32,509 bases of DNA from a virus. Taxonomy: Duplodnaviria; Caudoviricetes. The notes beneath the pieces were generated by a model that was given only the letters and a program-made list of their open reading frames with translations, ran no database searches and had not been told where the DNA came from. Below are positions 8,958-17,495 of the stretch, piece after piece. Where the stretch lies: IMG/VR virus record IMGVR_UViG_3300044277_000009, positions 1-32,509 of that record. One strand, 5' to 3'. The position numbers and the translations under genes were made by a program. The number at the start of each line of letters is the position of its first letter. Within the stretch, counting starts at the first letter, position 1.

Positions 8958-9962
8958 CTAACTGCGTTCCAGTTCCTTGATTCGCCGGCTGGCGAACTCT
9001 TCAAGCGTTTCTTCGGGATCCGACGGTTTCCCATTGGCCCCGCCCTGCCGCAGGTTGGATTGCTTCGTTAGTTTGCGAGTCAGGTTCTTTCGTTCTTGCT
9101 TGCTCAGGTGGTCGGCAAACTCCACGCGCAGAGCACGGGAGATCAACCCCTTATCCCAACGCCCTTGACGCCCGAGTCTCTCCAACCCAGCAAGCATGAC
9201 GTGGCTGGAATCGAAGAGTTTTTGACGGTTCTCCAACTGTTTCTCCGACTCCTTCCCGGTCACACCGAACAGGTCGGCATGGCCGAGGGAATCGACAATC
9301 GCGTCGAACTGCGTTTCAAGAACCTCCGCGGCCCTCTGCCGTTCGCTTTCGACCAGGCGAGTCAACTCGTCCTTGAGGGACTTCAGTTCACGCTCAACAT
9401 GAGAGTGAAGACCCTTGAACTCGTTGACGACCGCTTCGTCGAACTCGTCGGCACTCAGCTTGACCGCGTAGGTCTCTTCCTTCGGCGCCTTCGACTCTTT
9501 GGGAGCAAACCGCCCGTCCTTGCCTCGGGGCGTTTCCTCTGAATCGGTCGACGTTTCCGTTTCGGTCTTCTCCTCGGTTTCCTTGCCAGCCTTGCCGGCC
9601 TTCAGGGCACCGAGGTCGAGAAACCGCATCGCCCGCTCCAGTTCTTCGCGGTTGGAGAACCCGGCAAGCTCCTGCTCGCTGATCCCCAACGCGGAAACCT
9701 CGGAACGAAGATCGTCGTCCAGCCATTCTTGGTCAGACGATTCCTCTTCATCCTCGTCTTCGTCGGCGTCCTCTCCGACGGAACCTTGCTCGGCGGGAGT
9801 TTCATCGCCGGGCTTGTCTTCGCTTGGTTTGTCTTGGGCCTCGTCGACCTTCTCCTCCTTCGCCTCTTCCTCAGGAGGAGTCTTCTGGTCGCGCGTCATG
9901 ATCTCTTCGACGAACTTGTCGATGTCTTCCTTTGTCGCGGTATCCGCCAACTCAGTCGCCAT
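8958..9962 (-). CDS. Capsid scaffolding protein
   Basis: Start moved to MATELADTAT. Very acidic, disordered and coiled-coil; contains PRGKDGRFAPK; lies between portal and capsid. Confidence 0.7.
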   Translation of the reverse strand: MATELADTATKEDIDKFVEEIMTRDQKTPPEEEAKEEKVDEAQDKPSEDKPGDETPAEQGSVGEDADEDEDEEESSDQEWLDDDLRSEVSALGISEQELAGFSNREELERAMRFLDLGALKAGKAGKETEEKTETETSTDSEETPRGKDGRFAPKESKAPKEETYAVKLSADEFDEAVVNEFKGLHSHVERELKSLKDELTRLVESERQRAAEVLETQFDAIVDSLGHADLFGVTGKESEKQLENRQKLFDSSHVMLAGLERLGRQGRWDKGLISRALRVEFADHLSKQERKNLTRKLTKQSNLRQGGANGKPSDPEETLEEFASRRIKELERS

Positions 9963-10263
9963 AACCACCCTCGTTATCGTGCAACCCTTGAACCCGTAAC
10001 CAAGCCTTCCGGTCTCCCCGACTCGTAATCGAACAACGCCCTCGGGCATCCCAACTGATGCCCGTCAAACCCTCTTTCCTTGCGGCCTCGTTGTATTCCG
10101 CCACCTGATCGGGATGGCAGGAAAGAGCAAGCGACTCCAAGGGCTTGGAACCGCTGTAGGCCACCGTCCCTAGCGACACCTGGCCCGGCTTGAACCCCAC
10201 GCCCTTACGGCGCCGCCACACTCGTTCCGTAACCTCTTTCCCGTTGATCCTGTACTTAATCAC
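9952..10263 (-). CDS. Hypothetical phage protein
   Basis: GTG start overlaps the portal stop (GTGA); fills the gap between portal and scaffold. Confidence 0.55.
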   Translation of the reverse strand: MIKYRINGKEVTERVWRRRKGVGFKPGQVSLGTVAYSGSKPLESLALSCHPDQVAEYNEAARKEGLTGISWDARGRCSITSRGDRKAWLRVQGLHDNEGGYGD

Positions 10264-12047
10264 GCAACCGGCCTCGCCATTGCTGCCATCTGCTGCCCGT
10301 TCACCTGAGGCCGGGAAGCCCCAGATAGAACCTGCTGAAGAATGTTTGATCGTGCCTCGGGAGTTCCCCCAGTCGGCACGTTAGTACGCACGTTGTTTCG
10401 GGTCGTGACCGGAGACTGACGAACCGTGTTCTCGTCGCCACCCAGAGACGGGGCAGAGGTAGCAAAGGTGATGAACTTGGTCAGTTCCGGCCGATCGAGA
10501 AGCCGAGCAATCTCTTCGACGATCGCTTCGGCGTCCAAGGTTGCCCCAGAGGCCTGGAACATCGGCCACATCGGGGCCAACTGGTTCAGTACGGCAAACA
10601 ACTCGTCGAGTTTTTGCCGCGGCGTCTTGTAGACCATCGAGTAGGGTTCCACCCGGAACCCGTAGTCCTCGAAGTCTCCGACCCGGTAGTCAGGTTCCCA
10701 AGACGTGTCGACCTCGATCGAAGTGCCCGCGAACGGAGCGGACGACTGGACCCGCAGGTTTTCGTCGTTCCACATCAGGTAGCCGAGGTCGTAGATGCAC
10801 TCCGCAGCAAAGCCGACTACGCCCTGCTGCATGTTGGCCTCGATCCTCGATACGTTCCCCTGAACGATCTCTTCCTGTCCCAGCGTCCCGGCCTGGGCCC
10901 CAAGTCCTCCCATCGCCCGGAGATTGCCGGCGTACCGATCGAACTCCTCTTGCGCGAACAGGGAGAAGGACTGGATGTTCGGATCGACCCCGCCCAACTT
11001 GACCTGAGTGATGCTCTTGGGATCCCGCAACTTAATCCAAGCGTTACGCTTGGCCGTGCGAAGCGCCTCAGCCTCGTCGGCCGACCCCGGCGGGTAGCAA
11101 TTGACCGTCTTTTGGGCATCCATGTCGGATTCCATGCGACGGAACTGCCGGTTGATGAGGTCATGTAGGCCTTTGAGAGAAGCAGCCGGGGAGATCGGCA
11201 TTACGTTGTCGGGAACAAGTCCCAGAGAGAGGAACTTGTACGGCCCGCCCTGAGAACCTTTCCACTCCCGTTCGATCAACGGTTCCAAGTCGGTGTTGTA
11301 AGCGAAGGTCGCAATTGACTTGTTCTCGGGAACCCAAACGTCCATCAGCCAGAGCATCGGCTTCAGTTCGTCGTCGTCGACGGTCCCGCCCGAGGCGATG
11401 TCCCGGGCCATATCTACCGTGTCGATGGCGTTCTTCGAGGTCGGAGTAAGCTGCTTGCGAACCTTCTTGTCGTAGCCCGGTTCCTCCTTGACCTTCTCGA
11501 AGTCTGCCCGGTAGATATGCCCGCAGTACCGCATCTTCGAGAGTTCCGCGGCACTCATGTCGAGGATCAGGTTGTCGACGCTGATCCGCTGTAGCCACGG
11601 TTCCCCCGGGTCAAGCCAAACGTCCTCTTCCGACTCCAGAAGCCCGTGAAAGCGGGTATCGGTGTCCCGCATCATCACGCAGGCGACCCCGATGCAGAAG
11701 AAAGCGTCCAGAACGATTGCCCGGAACGTCCCGTCCAACTCCATGTCGGAGATCAACTTATTCAGGTTGACCTCGAAACGCCGGGCAAAATGCAGGTAGT
11801 CCGGGTTCGGGGAGGAGACGTGGACCTTGGGGTTGTTGGCCGCAAGGGCGACAGAGTAAATCTTCGCCGTCTGCGACATCAGGGGCAGGAGGGTCTTCAT
11901 CCTCGCCCCTTTGGTCGAGTACCAGGACCCGCAATGGTCCTTAATCAACTCGGCACGGACCTTCCGAAACGGATCGAGAGCCTCCCGAGAGGTCTTGATC
12001 GCTTTCATCAAGCGACCCCGCTTCGTCTTGTCTACCAAGTCGATCAT
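10260..12047 (-). CDS. Portal protein
   Basis: Start moved to MIDLVDKTKR. ~595 aa with LDAFFCIGVA, QRISVDNLILD, TLGQEEIV and a Gln-rich C-terminus; between terL and scaffold. Confidence 0.8.
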   Translation of the reverse strand: MIDLVDKTKRGRLMKAIKTSREALDPFRKVRAELIKDHCGSWYSTKGARMKTLLPLMSQTAKIYSVALAANNPKVHVSSPNPDYLHFARRFEVNLNKLISDMELDGTFRAIVLDAFFCIGVACVMMRDTDTRFHGLLESEEDVWLDPGEPWLQRISVDNLILDMSAAELSKMRYCGHIYRADFEKVKEEPGYDKKVRKQLTPTSKNAIDTVDMARDIASGGTVDDDELKPMLWLMDVWVPENKSIATFAYNTDLEPLIEREWKGSQGGPYKFLSLGLVPDNVMPISPAASLKGLHDLINRQFRRMESDMDAQKTVNCYPPGSADEAEALRTAKRNAWIKLRDPKSITQVKLGGVDPNIQSFSLFAQEEFDRYAGNLRAMGGLGAQAGTLGQEEIVQGNVSRIEANMQQGVVGFAAECIYDLGYLMWNDENLRVQSSAPFAGTSIEVDTSWEPDYRVGDFEDYGFRVEPYSMVYKTPRQKLDELFAVLNQLAPMWPMFQASGATLDAEAIVEEIARLLDRPELTKFITFATSAPSLGGDENTVRQSPVTTRNNVRTNVPTGGTPEARSNILQQVLSGASRPQVNGQQMAAMARPVA

Positions 12048-12052
12048 GGTTC

Positions 12053-12189
12053 GACACCTTGTATCCGCCGGGAGACCAAGAAACGAAAAAAGCCAGCGCA
12101 CGCAGGTATGCAGCCCTGCATGGCTGGCTCAAAAGTCTTGGTCCCCCTACCGCCGACTGGCCGGTCAGTCGGTAGAGTTCCCGGGGTGT
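12053..12189 (-). ncRNA. Candidate structured cis-regulatory RNA in the portal leader
   Basis: Nested pairs ACACC/GGTGT, CCGGGA/TCCCGG, CCGACTG/CAGTCGG, GACCAAGA/TCTTGGTC, AGCCAGC/GCTGGCT and CATGCAGG/CCTGCGTG, with a U6 run after the inner hairpin. Confidence 0.5.
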
Positions 12190-12204
12190 GTTGTCAAATA
12201 GCGG

Positions 12205-12489
12205 TTATCGACCAGGCGGCATCTGCCCTGCTACCTGGATTGGACTAACCTTAGAGGCCTTGAAATGCCGTTTGGCACCGTCGCTTAGTTTGTCGTAGAT
12301 CGACTCGGCACCGTTGATCGGACGTTGCGTAGCGACCGCTACGGGAGCCAGCATCAGGAGTTTCAGACATTCCGCAAGTTCCAGTTGAGTCAGGTCGTCC
12401 TGAGGCAAGAAGATAAACAGCGTGCTGGCACCGGGAATGACGATCGCCGGCTTACTCTCAATCTTCGGCGGCTGATTCCCGGCAATCAT
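12205..12489 (-). CDS. Hypothetical protein
   Basis: Start moved to MIAGNQPPKI (ATGA overlap with the upstream stop, purine-rich RBS). Confidence 0.55.
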   Translation of the reverse strand: MIAGNQPPKIESKPAIVIPGASTLFIFLPQDDLTQLELAECLKLLMLAPVAVATQRPINGAESIYDKLSDGAKRHFKASKVSPIQVAGQMPPGR

Positions 12490-12950
12490 CCCTTCCCCCG
12501 TCGCTTCAGGTCCAACACCGCCAGCCATCCCACCTTGTCGATCAACCGGAACTCCTTCAAGGCCGGTTTGTAGTACAGGCCGTTGTAGTCGTGTAAAAAG
12601 ACGACGTGCTGGTCGGCTAGCCATGGGATTACTTCCAAAAGGCATTGGAGACGAGCGTGTCCGTCAACGAGGACAACGCTGAACTTCGTCCCAAAGAACT
12701 TGACCGCTTCGACGTAGGCCGTGTAGTTCCTGTTCGGAGCAGGGACCAGACGGTAATCGTCCGACTTGGAAACCTCGGCCTTGACCTTCTCGTACCACTT
12801 CGGGTTGTGTTCGACGCTGCAAAGCCGGTTGACCCTCGATGCGTATCGGACGGTGCTGTGACCGGATCCCCATTCCAGCATGACCGTCGACGGGCCAACA
12901 ACCTCATCGATGAGCTTGTATTCCTCGGCGTCCATCAGCGGTCGAATCAC
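12486..12950 (-). CDS. Small class I SAM-dependent methyltransferase
   Basis: Motif I MLEWGSGHST, acidic SVEHNPKW, FSVVLVDGHARLQC and VVFLHDY. Confidence 0.8.
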   Translation of the reverse strand: MIRPLMDAEEYKLIDEVVGPSTVMLEWGSGHSTVRYASRVNRLCSVEHNPKWYEKVKAEVSKSDDYRLVPAPNRNYTAYVEAVKFFGTKFSVVLVDGHARLQCLLEVIPWLADQHVVFLHDYNGLYYKPALKEFRLIDKVGWLAVLDLKRRGKG

Positions 12951-13399
12951 GTCCGCAACTCCAAGAATGCCGTGAAATCCAACCGGTCAACCTGCCGGTA
13001 CCACTGCAAAATCGGTCGGTAACGCCGCCTCTGACAGTCGTGCAACAGGACCAGGTGCCTCGGTTTCAGGAACGGGATGACTTCCCTGGCACACGCTACC
13101 CGGGACCGCCCGTCGATCAGAACCAGGTCGAACTTCTCTCCGAAGTCCGCGACGGCCTTCACATAAGGCTCGTACTGCCCTTGGGCACAGGGAACAACGC
13201 GGTAATCCGCCGTTCCCGCCACCTGAGGCCGAACCCTTCGGAACCATCCCGGCTTGTGTTCCAGGGAACAATACTTCTTCACCAGCGGCGAGAATCGGAT
13301 TGTGCTTGCTCCCGATCCCCATTCCATCACCACCATGTCAGAAGTAAGTAGATGACTGATCGCCTCGTACTCTGCCGGTTCCATCAGGGGCCGGATCAT
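12947..13399 (-). CDS. Small class I SAM-dependent methyltransferase (tandem paralog)
   Basis: Start moved to MIRPLMEPAEY (ATGA overlap with terL stop). VMEWGSGAST, SLEHKPGW, FDLVLIDGRSRVAC and LVLLHDC. Confidence 0.8.
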   Translation of the reverse strand: MIRPLMEPAEYEAISHLLTSDMVVMEWGSGASTIRFSPLVKKYCSLEHKPGWFRRVRPQVAGTADYRVVPCAQGQYEPYVKAVADFGEKFDLVLIDGRSRVACAREVIPFLKPRHLVLLHDCQRRRYRPILQWYRQVDRLDFTAFLELRT

Positions 13400-15321
13400 G
13401 CAATCACATCTGCAAGGCAAGGTTGAGGCCTTTCATCCGACCAATCCGCCTTCTGCCGCTCTTCCCTTCTGTGAAGCCAAGCTAAACTCCCATAGGGGGG
13501 ATTATGTTCGTATTCTGGATTACTGTCAAATGCGTCTAAGGGCCGATCGAGGAATCCCAACCATGCTACGCCCGCTCCGATGCACCTGTCGCCGTGCGCC
13601 CGACCCGCTGTTTTCTTGACCTGGCTGGGCCTGTGGACGATCTTCCCGTTGTCCCATTCGTACTCCGAACACTCCCGTATCAACTCCTCCGATCGGGGAA
13701 TAAACTTTCCCTCCTCCATGCCGATCGAAAGCGTCTCGAAAAGTTCGCCTTTATCCTCGTCTGAACCGTTCCACCACCCCGCTTTTCGGCTCTTTGCCCG
13801 GTTCCCTACCTCTTCGACATCCCGGTAGTAGACGTTGCTGTAGCCGATCTCTTCGAGGACGGTCTTGCCGAAGGTGATGCCCGTGGGACCCGACGCCTCC
13901 CACGCCATGAAGGCGTTGAAGAACCACTTCGCCATAGCGACGGCCAGCCGGGCAAACTTGATCGCCTGCATTCCCATTACCGCAAACTCGGCAACCTGTT
14001 CCCCGGTCCTCCGATCGATCGCACAGATGGTCGAGTTCGACGAGTAATCACCCGTCCCGCCGGCGGAAATGTCGTGGCCCGTGCAGTACTCGGCCTGAGG
14101 AGGAGAATTGTCGATCCCCGGCCGGAACCAGAGTTTCAGCGGCCCGTTCTCCTGAGAAATCAGACCCTTGAGTTCCATCGTCTCGGTGTCGTAGATCAGT
14201 TTCCCTTGCCACAGGTGCGGCTTACAGCACTCCTCCTTCATCCGGTCGAGTACTTCAACATCGAATACCTTACCTACGGCGCCACGGGGATCCCGATCGA
14301 GTTCCTTGGCAATCGACCGCGGCGTAGCACCAGGCCGAAGGCACTGGGAATCGTACCAAGGAGACCGAAACCGCCCTTCGACCTGATACCCGCGGCGTTC
14401 CAGTTTCTTCAGGGTAGATGCAGCTTCTTTGGCGTACCGGGTGACCTCCGGGCCTTCGTAGGGATTCGAGGGAATGAGAATGCCCTGCCGCTGCACGTAT
14501 GCACCACGGTTTTGCGTCGGATTATCCTTCCAGTCAAGAACCAGCAATCGTGCATTGCCCGGATCGTTGACCATCTCGTAGAAGGCACCTACGTCTCCTC
14601 CGAACGTGCTGGGAATGATGCGGCAGTTGGTCACATGCTGCGTGGAATCCAGTACGTCGTAGTCCTTGCCGCCTGAGATGAAGTCTTTGGCGCCAAGCTC
14701 GTCAATTGCATAGGCCGTCTTCCGTCCCCCGCGTCCTACGTCCTTGTTGGCGGCGTAACCGATAAGCGTCGACCCGTTCTCGGGATTGGTAACGGTATGA
14801 TCGGACAGACTCCGGTGCTTGTTGAAGTCGTAGCCTACGGGAAGCATCCAGTAAGGCAGACGCCTTAATGCCCAATCGAACTTCCAGATGAGCGTATCGG
14901 GGTCCCGGAGCGAATCGACAAGCGCCTCGTTCCTCGTAACCAAGCCGCAGGAGAACAGCGGATCCCTAAGCCATCGCCGCAGGAAGACCAGAATGTACAT
15001 CCATGTCGCACCCTGACCGCGACTCTTGTTCACGAGAACGTCGATCGGTTCCTCGTTGGCCTCCGAGTCGGTAATCGCCTGATCCATAGCGACGATTACC
15101 GGATCCTGATGCGGCCAGGTGACAAACGGCCGGATCTTGTCCTTACCTCTCGGCTCGAAGCACCATCCGAAGAGGTTGAAGAACAGAAGAACGTCTTCCA
15201 TGCACCCGTCGTAGATCGTGCGCTGTACTTCCTTGTCGTGAAGGGCCGCTTCCCGGACCCGAACCCGCCACTGAAGGTTCTTCTTGATGTTCTTCGGAAT
15301 GTACTCGAAGAAGGGCGTCAA
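13396..15321 (-). CDS. terL: Terminase large subunit
   Basis: PFVTWPHQ adenine-binding motif, Walker A-like NKSRGQGATW, Walker B AYAIDE, RNase H-type nuclease motifs GHDISAGGTGDYSS and HGDRCIGAGVA. Confidence 0.9.
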   Translation of the reverse strand: MTPFFEYIPKNIKKNLQWRVRVREAALHDKEVQRTIYDGCMEDVLLFFNLFGWCFEPRGKDKIRPFVTWPHQDPVIVAMDQAITDSEANEEPIDVLVNKSRGQGATWMYILVFLRRWLRDPLFSCGLVTRNEALVDSLRDPDTLIWKFDWALRRLPYWMLPVGYDFNKHRSLSDHTVTNPENGSTLIGYAANKDVGRGGRKTAYAIDELGAKDFISGGKDYDVLDSTQHVTNCRIIPSTFGGDVGAFYEMVNDPGNARLLVLDWKDNPTQNRGAYVQRQGILIPSNPYEGPEVTRYAKEAASTLKKLERRGYQVEGRFRSPWYDSQCLRPGATPRSIAKELDRDPRGAVGKVFDVEVLDRMKEECCKPHLWQGKLIYDTETMELKGLISQENGPLKLWFRPGIDNSPPQAEYCTGHDISAGGTGDYSSNSTICAIDRRTGEQVAEFAVMGMQAIKFARLAVAMAKWFFNAFMAWEASGPTGITFGKTVLEEIGYSNVYYRDVEEVGNRAKSRKAGWWNGSDEDKGELFETLSIGMEEGKFIPRSEELIRECSEYEWDNGKIVHRPSQVKKTAGRAHGDRCIGAGVAWLGFLDRPLDAFDSNPEYEHNPPYGSLAWLHRREERQKADWSDERPQPCLADVIA

Positions 15322-15551
15322 GGCTGTTTACTCTTCCTGTAGAACCGCTCCAACTGCACGTCGTACCAGCCCAGCCACCATTCCGCACGCCAGTCTCCCG
15401 AGTAAGGACATTCGTTCGACTCCGACACCTTCCCCGTAGCGTTGAACTCCCTCCTCGCTTCCCGGCCCTTCCTCCTCCACTTGCTGACATGAACATCCGG
15501 CCATCCGGCATCGGCACCCGACACAACCTTGCGACCTTCCCGCGTCACCAT
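15318..15551 (-). CDS. Rmf/CrpP-like small protein
   Basis: Likely start MVTREG. KGREA...NECPYSGDWRAEWWLGWYD resembles the RMF signature (G..A...CPY....R..WL.GW). Confidence 0.5.
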   Translation of the reverse strand: MVTREGRKVVSGADAGWPDVHVSKWRRKGREARREFNATGKVSESNECPYSGDWRAEWWLGWYDVQLERFYRKSKQP

Positions 15552-16162
15552 CTCCCCTGCATCCTCTCGACCCACTCCTCCGTTATCTCGTCCCGCAAGA
15601 TCCGCATCGACTGCGAGAAGAAACCGGCGTAGGTCCCGACACCTAAAAACCCGAGAATCCCGTTGACCTCCCGCAAAGGATCTTCCGTCAATCGCTCGTA
15701 GGTCAGCCGGTACGGTTCAATCCCCTTCTCCCCTAGCCACCGCTCCCAGGCCTCTTCCTGACGCAAAATAGCCCGGTACATCCTGAGGATACCGACCGGG
15801 TTGAACTCCACCCTCCGATGCTTCGCCTCTGCCCTCGCAACCCTGCCCTTTCCCTGGAAGAAGTGATAGACGTTGCTGACCCTTGCTCGGTAATAGCTGA
15901 TCGCCTGCCTTCGTTTGTCCTCACGCTCCAGTCGAACATACCTAGCCTCGACGACCGAAGGATCTAGTTCGTACACCCTCCGCATCGTCCGAATCGGCAA
16001 CTTGACCGCTACCGGCCGACGCTTGAGAATCCCTTCCCATCCCGCTCCCTTCCTCGGCAACTCGTCAGGCTCTCCCGCCAACCCCGTCTCCTGCAACAAC
16101 CGGCAAAGCCAAGTCGACCCGCTCCTCCCCGTTATCGCGATAAAGTACCGCAGGTCTGACAT
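15545..16162 (-). CDS. Stf0/LpsS-family PAPS-dependent sulfotransferase
   Basis: Start moved to MSDLRYFIA. 5'-PSB loop GRSGSTWLCRLL followed by TGLAGEPDE; 3'-PB motif LEREDKRRQAISYYRA; C-terminal WERWL...IEPYRLTYERLTEDP...ILGFLG. Confidence 0.85.
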   Translation of the reverse strand: MSDLRYFIAITGRSGSTWLCRLLQETGLAGEPDELPRKGAGWEGILKRRPVAVKLPIRTMRRVYELDPSVVEARYVRLEREDKRRQAISYYRARVSNVYHFFQGKGRVARAEAKHRRVEFNPVGILRMYRAILRQEEAWERWLGEKGIEPYRLTYERLTEDPLREVNGILGFLGVGTYAGFFSQSMRILRDEITEEWVERMQGRW

Positions 16163-16173
16163 CTTCGTCCCGA

Positions 16174-16605
16174 CTACTCCTTGAACCGCTCTAGCATCGC
16201 TTTGATCTCGGCAATACTCTTTCTCTCCCGCTTGACTAACTCCGTGTCGTCCTCCTCCACACCCTTCTTCACCTTCGGAACCACGTCCTTGAAGAACGAG
16301 TTCCGATTCCCCGCCGCCCATTGCAACAGCCCGATCGTCCCTTGACTCGGCGCCGGTCCCTTTGCCCTGCCCAGCTTCAGCTTGTACCCGGGACTCGTCT
16401 TGGTCTCCACTACGACAAGCGAAAAGTTCTGATAAACCCAGTCGACCTCCTGCTCGTAAGGCGCACTCGACGGTAACTCCCCCCATTCCCTCGGAATCGA
16501 AACCCTGCCGTACTCCCGCTCCTCGCTCGTCTCCTCCGGGACCGGCGGCTTCTCCACCCGCGGAGGACTCTTCGGCTTCTCAGGCGGCCTCGGAAGTCGC
16601 GTCAT
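16174..16605 (-). CDS. Putative terminase small subunit
   Basis: Position near the head of the terL operon, 143 aa, helical charged C-terminus. No diagnostic motif recognised. Confidence 0.4.
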   Translation of the reverse strand: MTRLPRPPEKPKSPPRVEKPPVPEETSEEREYGRVSIPREWGELPSSAPYEQEVDWVYQNFSLVVVETKTSPGYKLKLGRAKGPAPSQGTIGLLQWAAGNRNSFFKDVVPKVKKGVEEDDTELVKRERKSIAEIKAMLERFKE

Positions 16606-16607
16606 AC

Positions 16608-16841
16608 CTACACCTGTACCTCAACCTCTTGCTCGTACATTAACGCAGTCGGCCGTGCCGTACTCCTCCAAAACTTGTACGGACGGTCCAAGTCGATCCC
16701 CCGTTCCCTGAGCATCGCCCGCAACAACTCCCTGCCCTCTCCCAACGGATGCAACGCCGCACAGAAGACCTCAGGATCGTCCCCGTCCAGTACGACCGTC
16801 TTCACAATCCGATGCGTCTCCTTCAACGCCGTTATGCTCAT
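16608..16841 (-). CDS. Hypothetical protein, first gene of the late operon
   Basis: AAGGAG RBS; 2 nt gap to the next gene. Confidence 0.55.
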   Translation of the reverse strand: MSITALKETHRIVKTVVLDGDDPEVFCAALHPLGEGRELLRAMLRERGIDLDRPYKFWRSTARPTALMYEQEVEVQV

Positions 16842-17002
16842 TCCCCAGTCTCCTTCCCCTAGTTACTAGTTACAGGTAGATGTTGACCTTCCCTGTCCCT
16901 TAACCATGAAGCCAACAAGTAACAGATCCCAGAACCGAAGAAAAGTAATACCGTGTACCGTTACCTATCTTAACACCCGATTTTTGCATCAGTTCTAAGG
17001 GA

Positions 17003-17027
17003 GGTACCGGTACCGGTTCGGCGCGCC
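17003..17027. other. Palindrome cluster; possible packaging or terminus site
   Basis: Overlapping 12-bp palindromes GGTACCGGTACC and ACCGGTACCGGT, then GGCGCGCC, upstream of the packaging operon. Confidence 0.3.
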
Positions 17028-17291
17028 AGCCCCAGGGGGTCCGGGTCAGTTTCCGGGCAAGGGCGCCGGCCTAGTCGCTGCAACAGGCCTTAGAACCCTA
17101 GAAATCAGGGCACAAGCGCTAGGGTTAAGGGAACGGTTAGACACACAAACCACTGGTCACAAACCGTTGCAACGTCGACCTTGCACGCTAGAGAGGTAGA
17201 GAACGATCGATGCACGCCCTTACATGCTACGTCATAGCGCAAGCGATAGGGGTACTGCCCTCCGCCCGCCTCCCTACCGGGATTCGCCTCT

Positions 17292-17495
17292 AGTCGAGGG
17301 GGTGAATGCATCATCGACTTTCAGGTAAGAAGTACTGCGACAAGGGAACTGGTCGCAGTCGACCGGGCAAGACGGGAAGAGCATCGCTTGCTTCGCTGCG
17401 CGATGCGCCCCCTCCGTAGGTTCCCCCTAAGAGAAAGGGAACCTTACAAGGAAGGGATACGCTAGCTGGTGACTCTTGCGATTCTCAGGCTAGCG
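17292..17495. ncRNA. Multi-hairpin non-coding element (candidate ncRNA or cis signal)
   Basis: Five consecutive stems: AGTCGA/TCGACT, ACTGCGAC/GTCGCAGT, GCATCGC/GCGATGC, AGGTTCCC/GGGAACCT and CGCTAGC/GCTAGCG. Confidence 0.35.

Noticed and set aside
12048-12101. Longer portal start MRWLFSFLG
   Set aside because: Falls inside the structured leader; the ATG at 12047 with an AAGG(TG) SD is more plausible.
12169-12197. Sigma70 promoter for the portal gene
   Set aside because: Perfect TTGACA, but the hexamer at 17-nt spacing (TACCGA) lacks the conserved final T.
12486-13399. DNA methyltransferases / anti-restriction
   Set aside because: Only ~150 aa each, with no DPPY/NPPY or PCQ catalytic motifs.
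16163-16486. N-terminal extension of the 313-aa ORF 15545..16486
   Set aside because: Overlaps 16174..16605 in another frame; sulfotransferase similarity begins at MSDLRY (16162).
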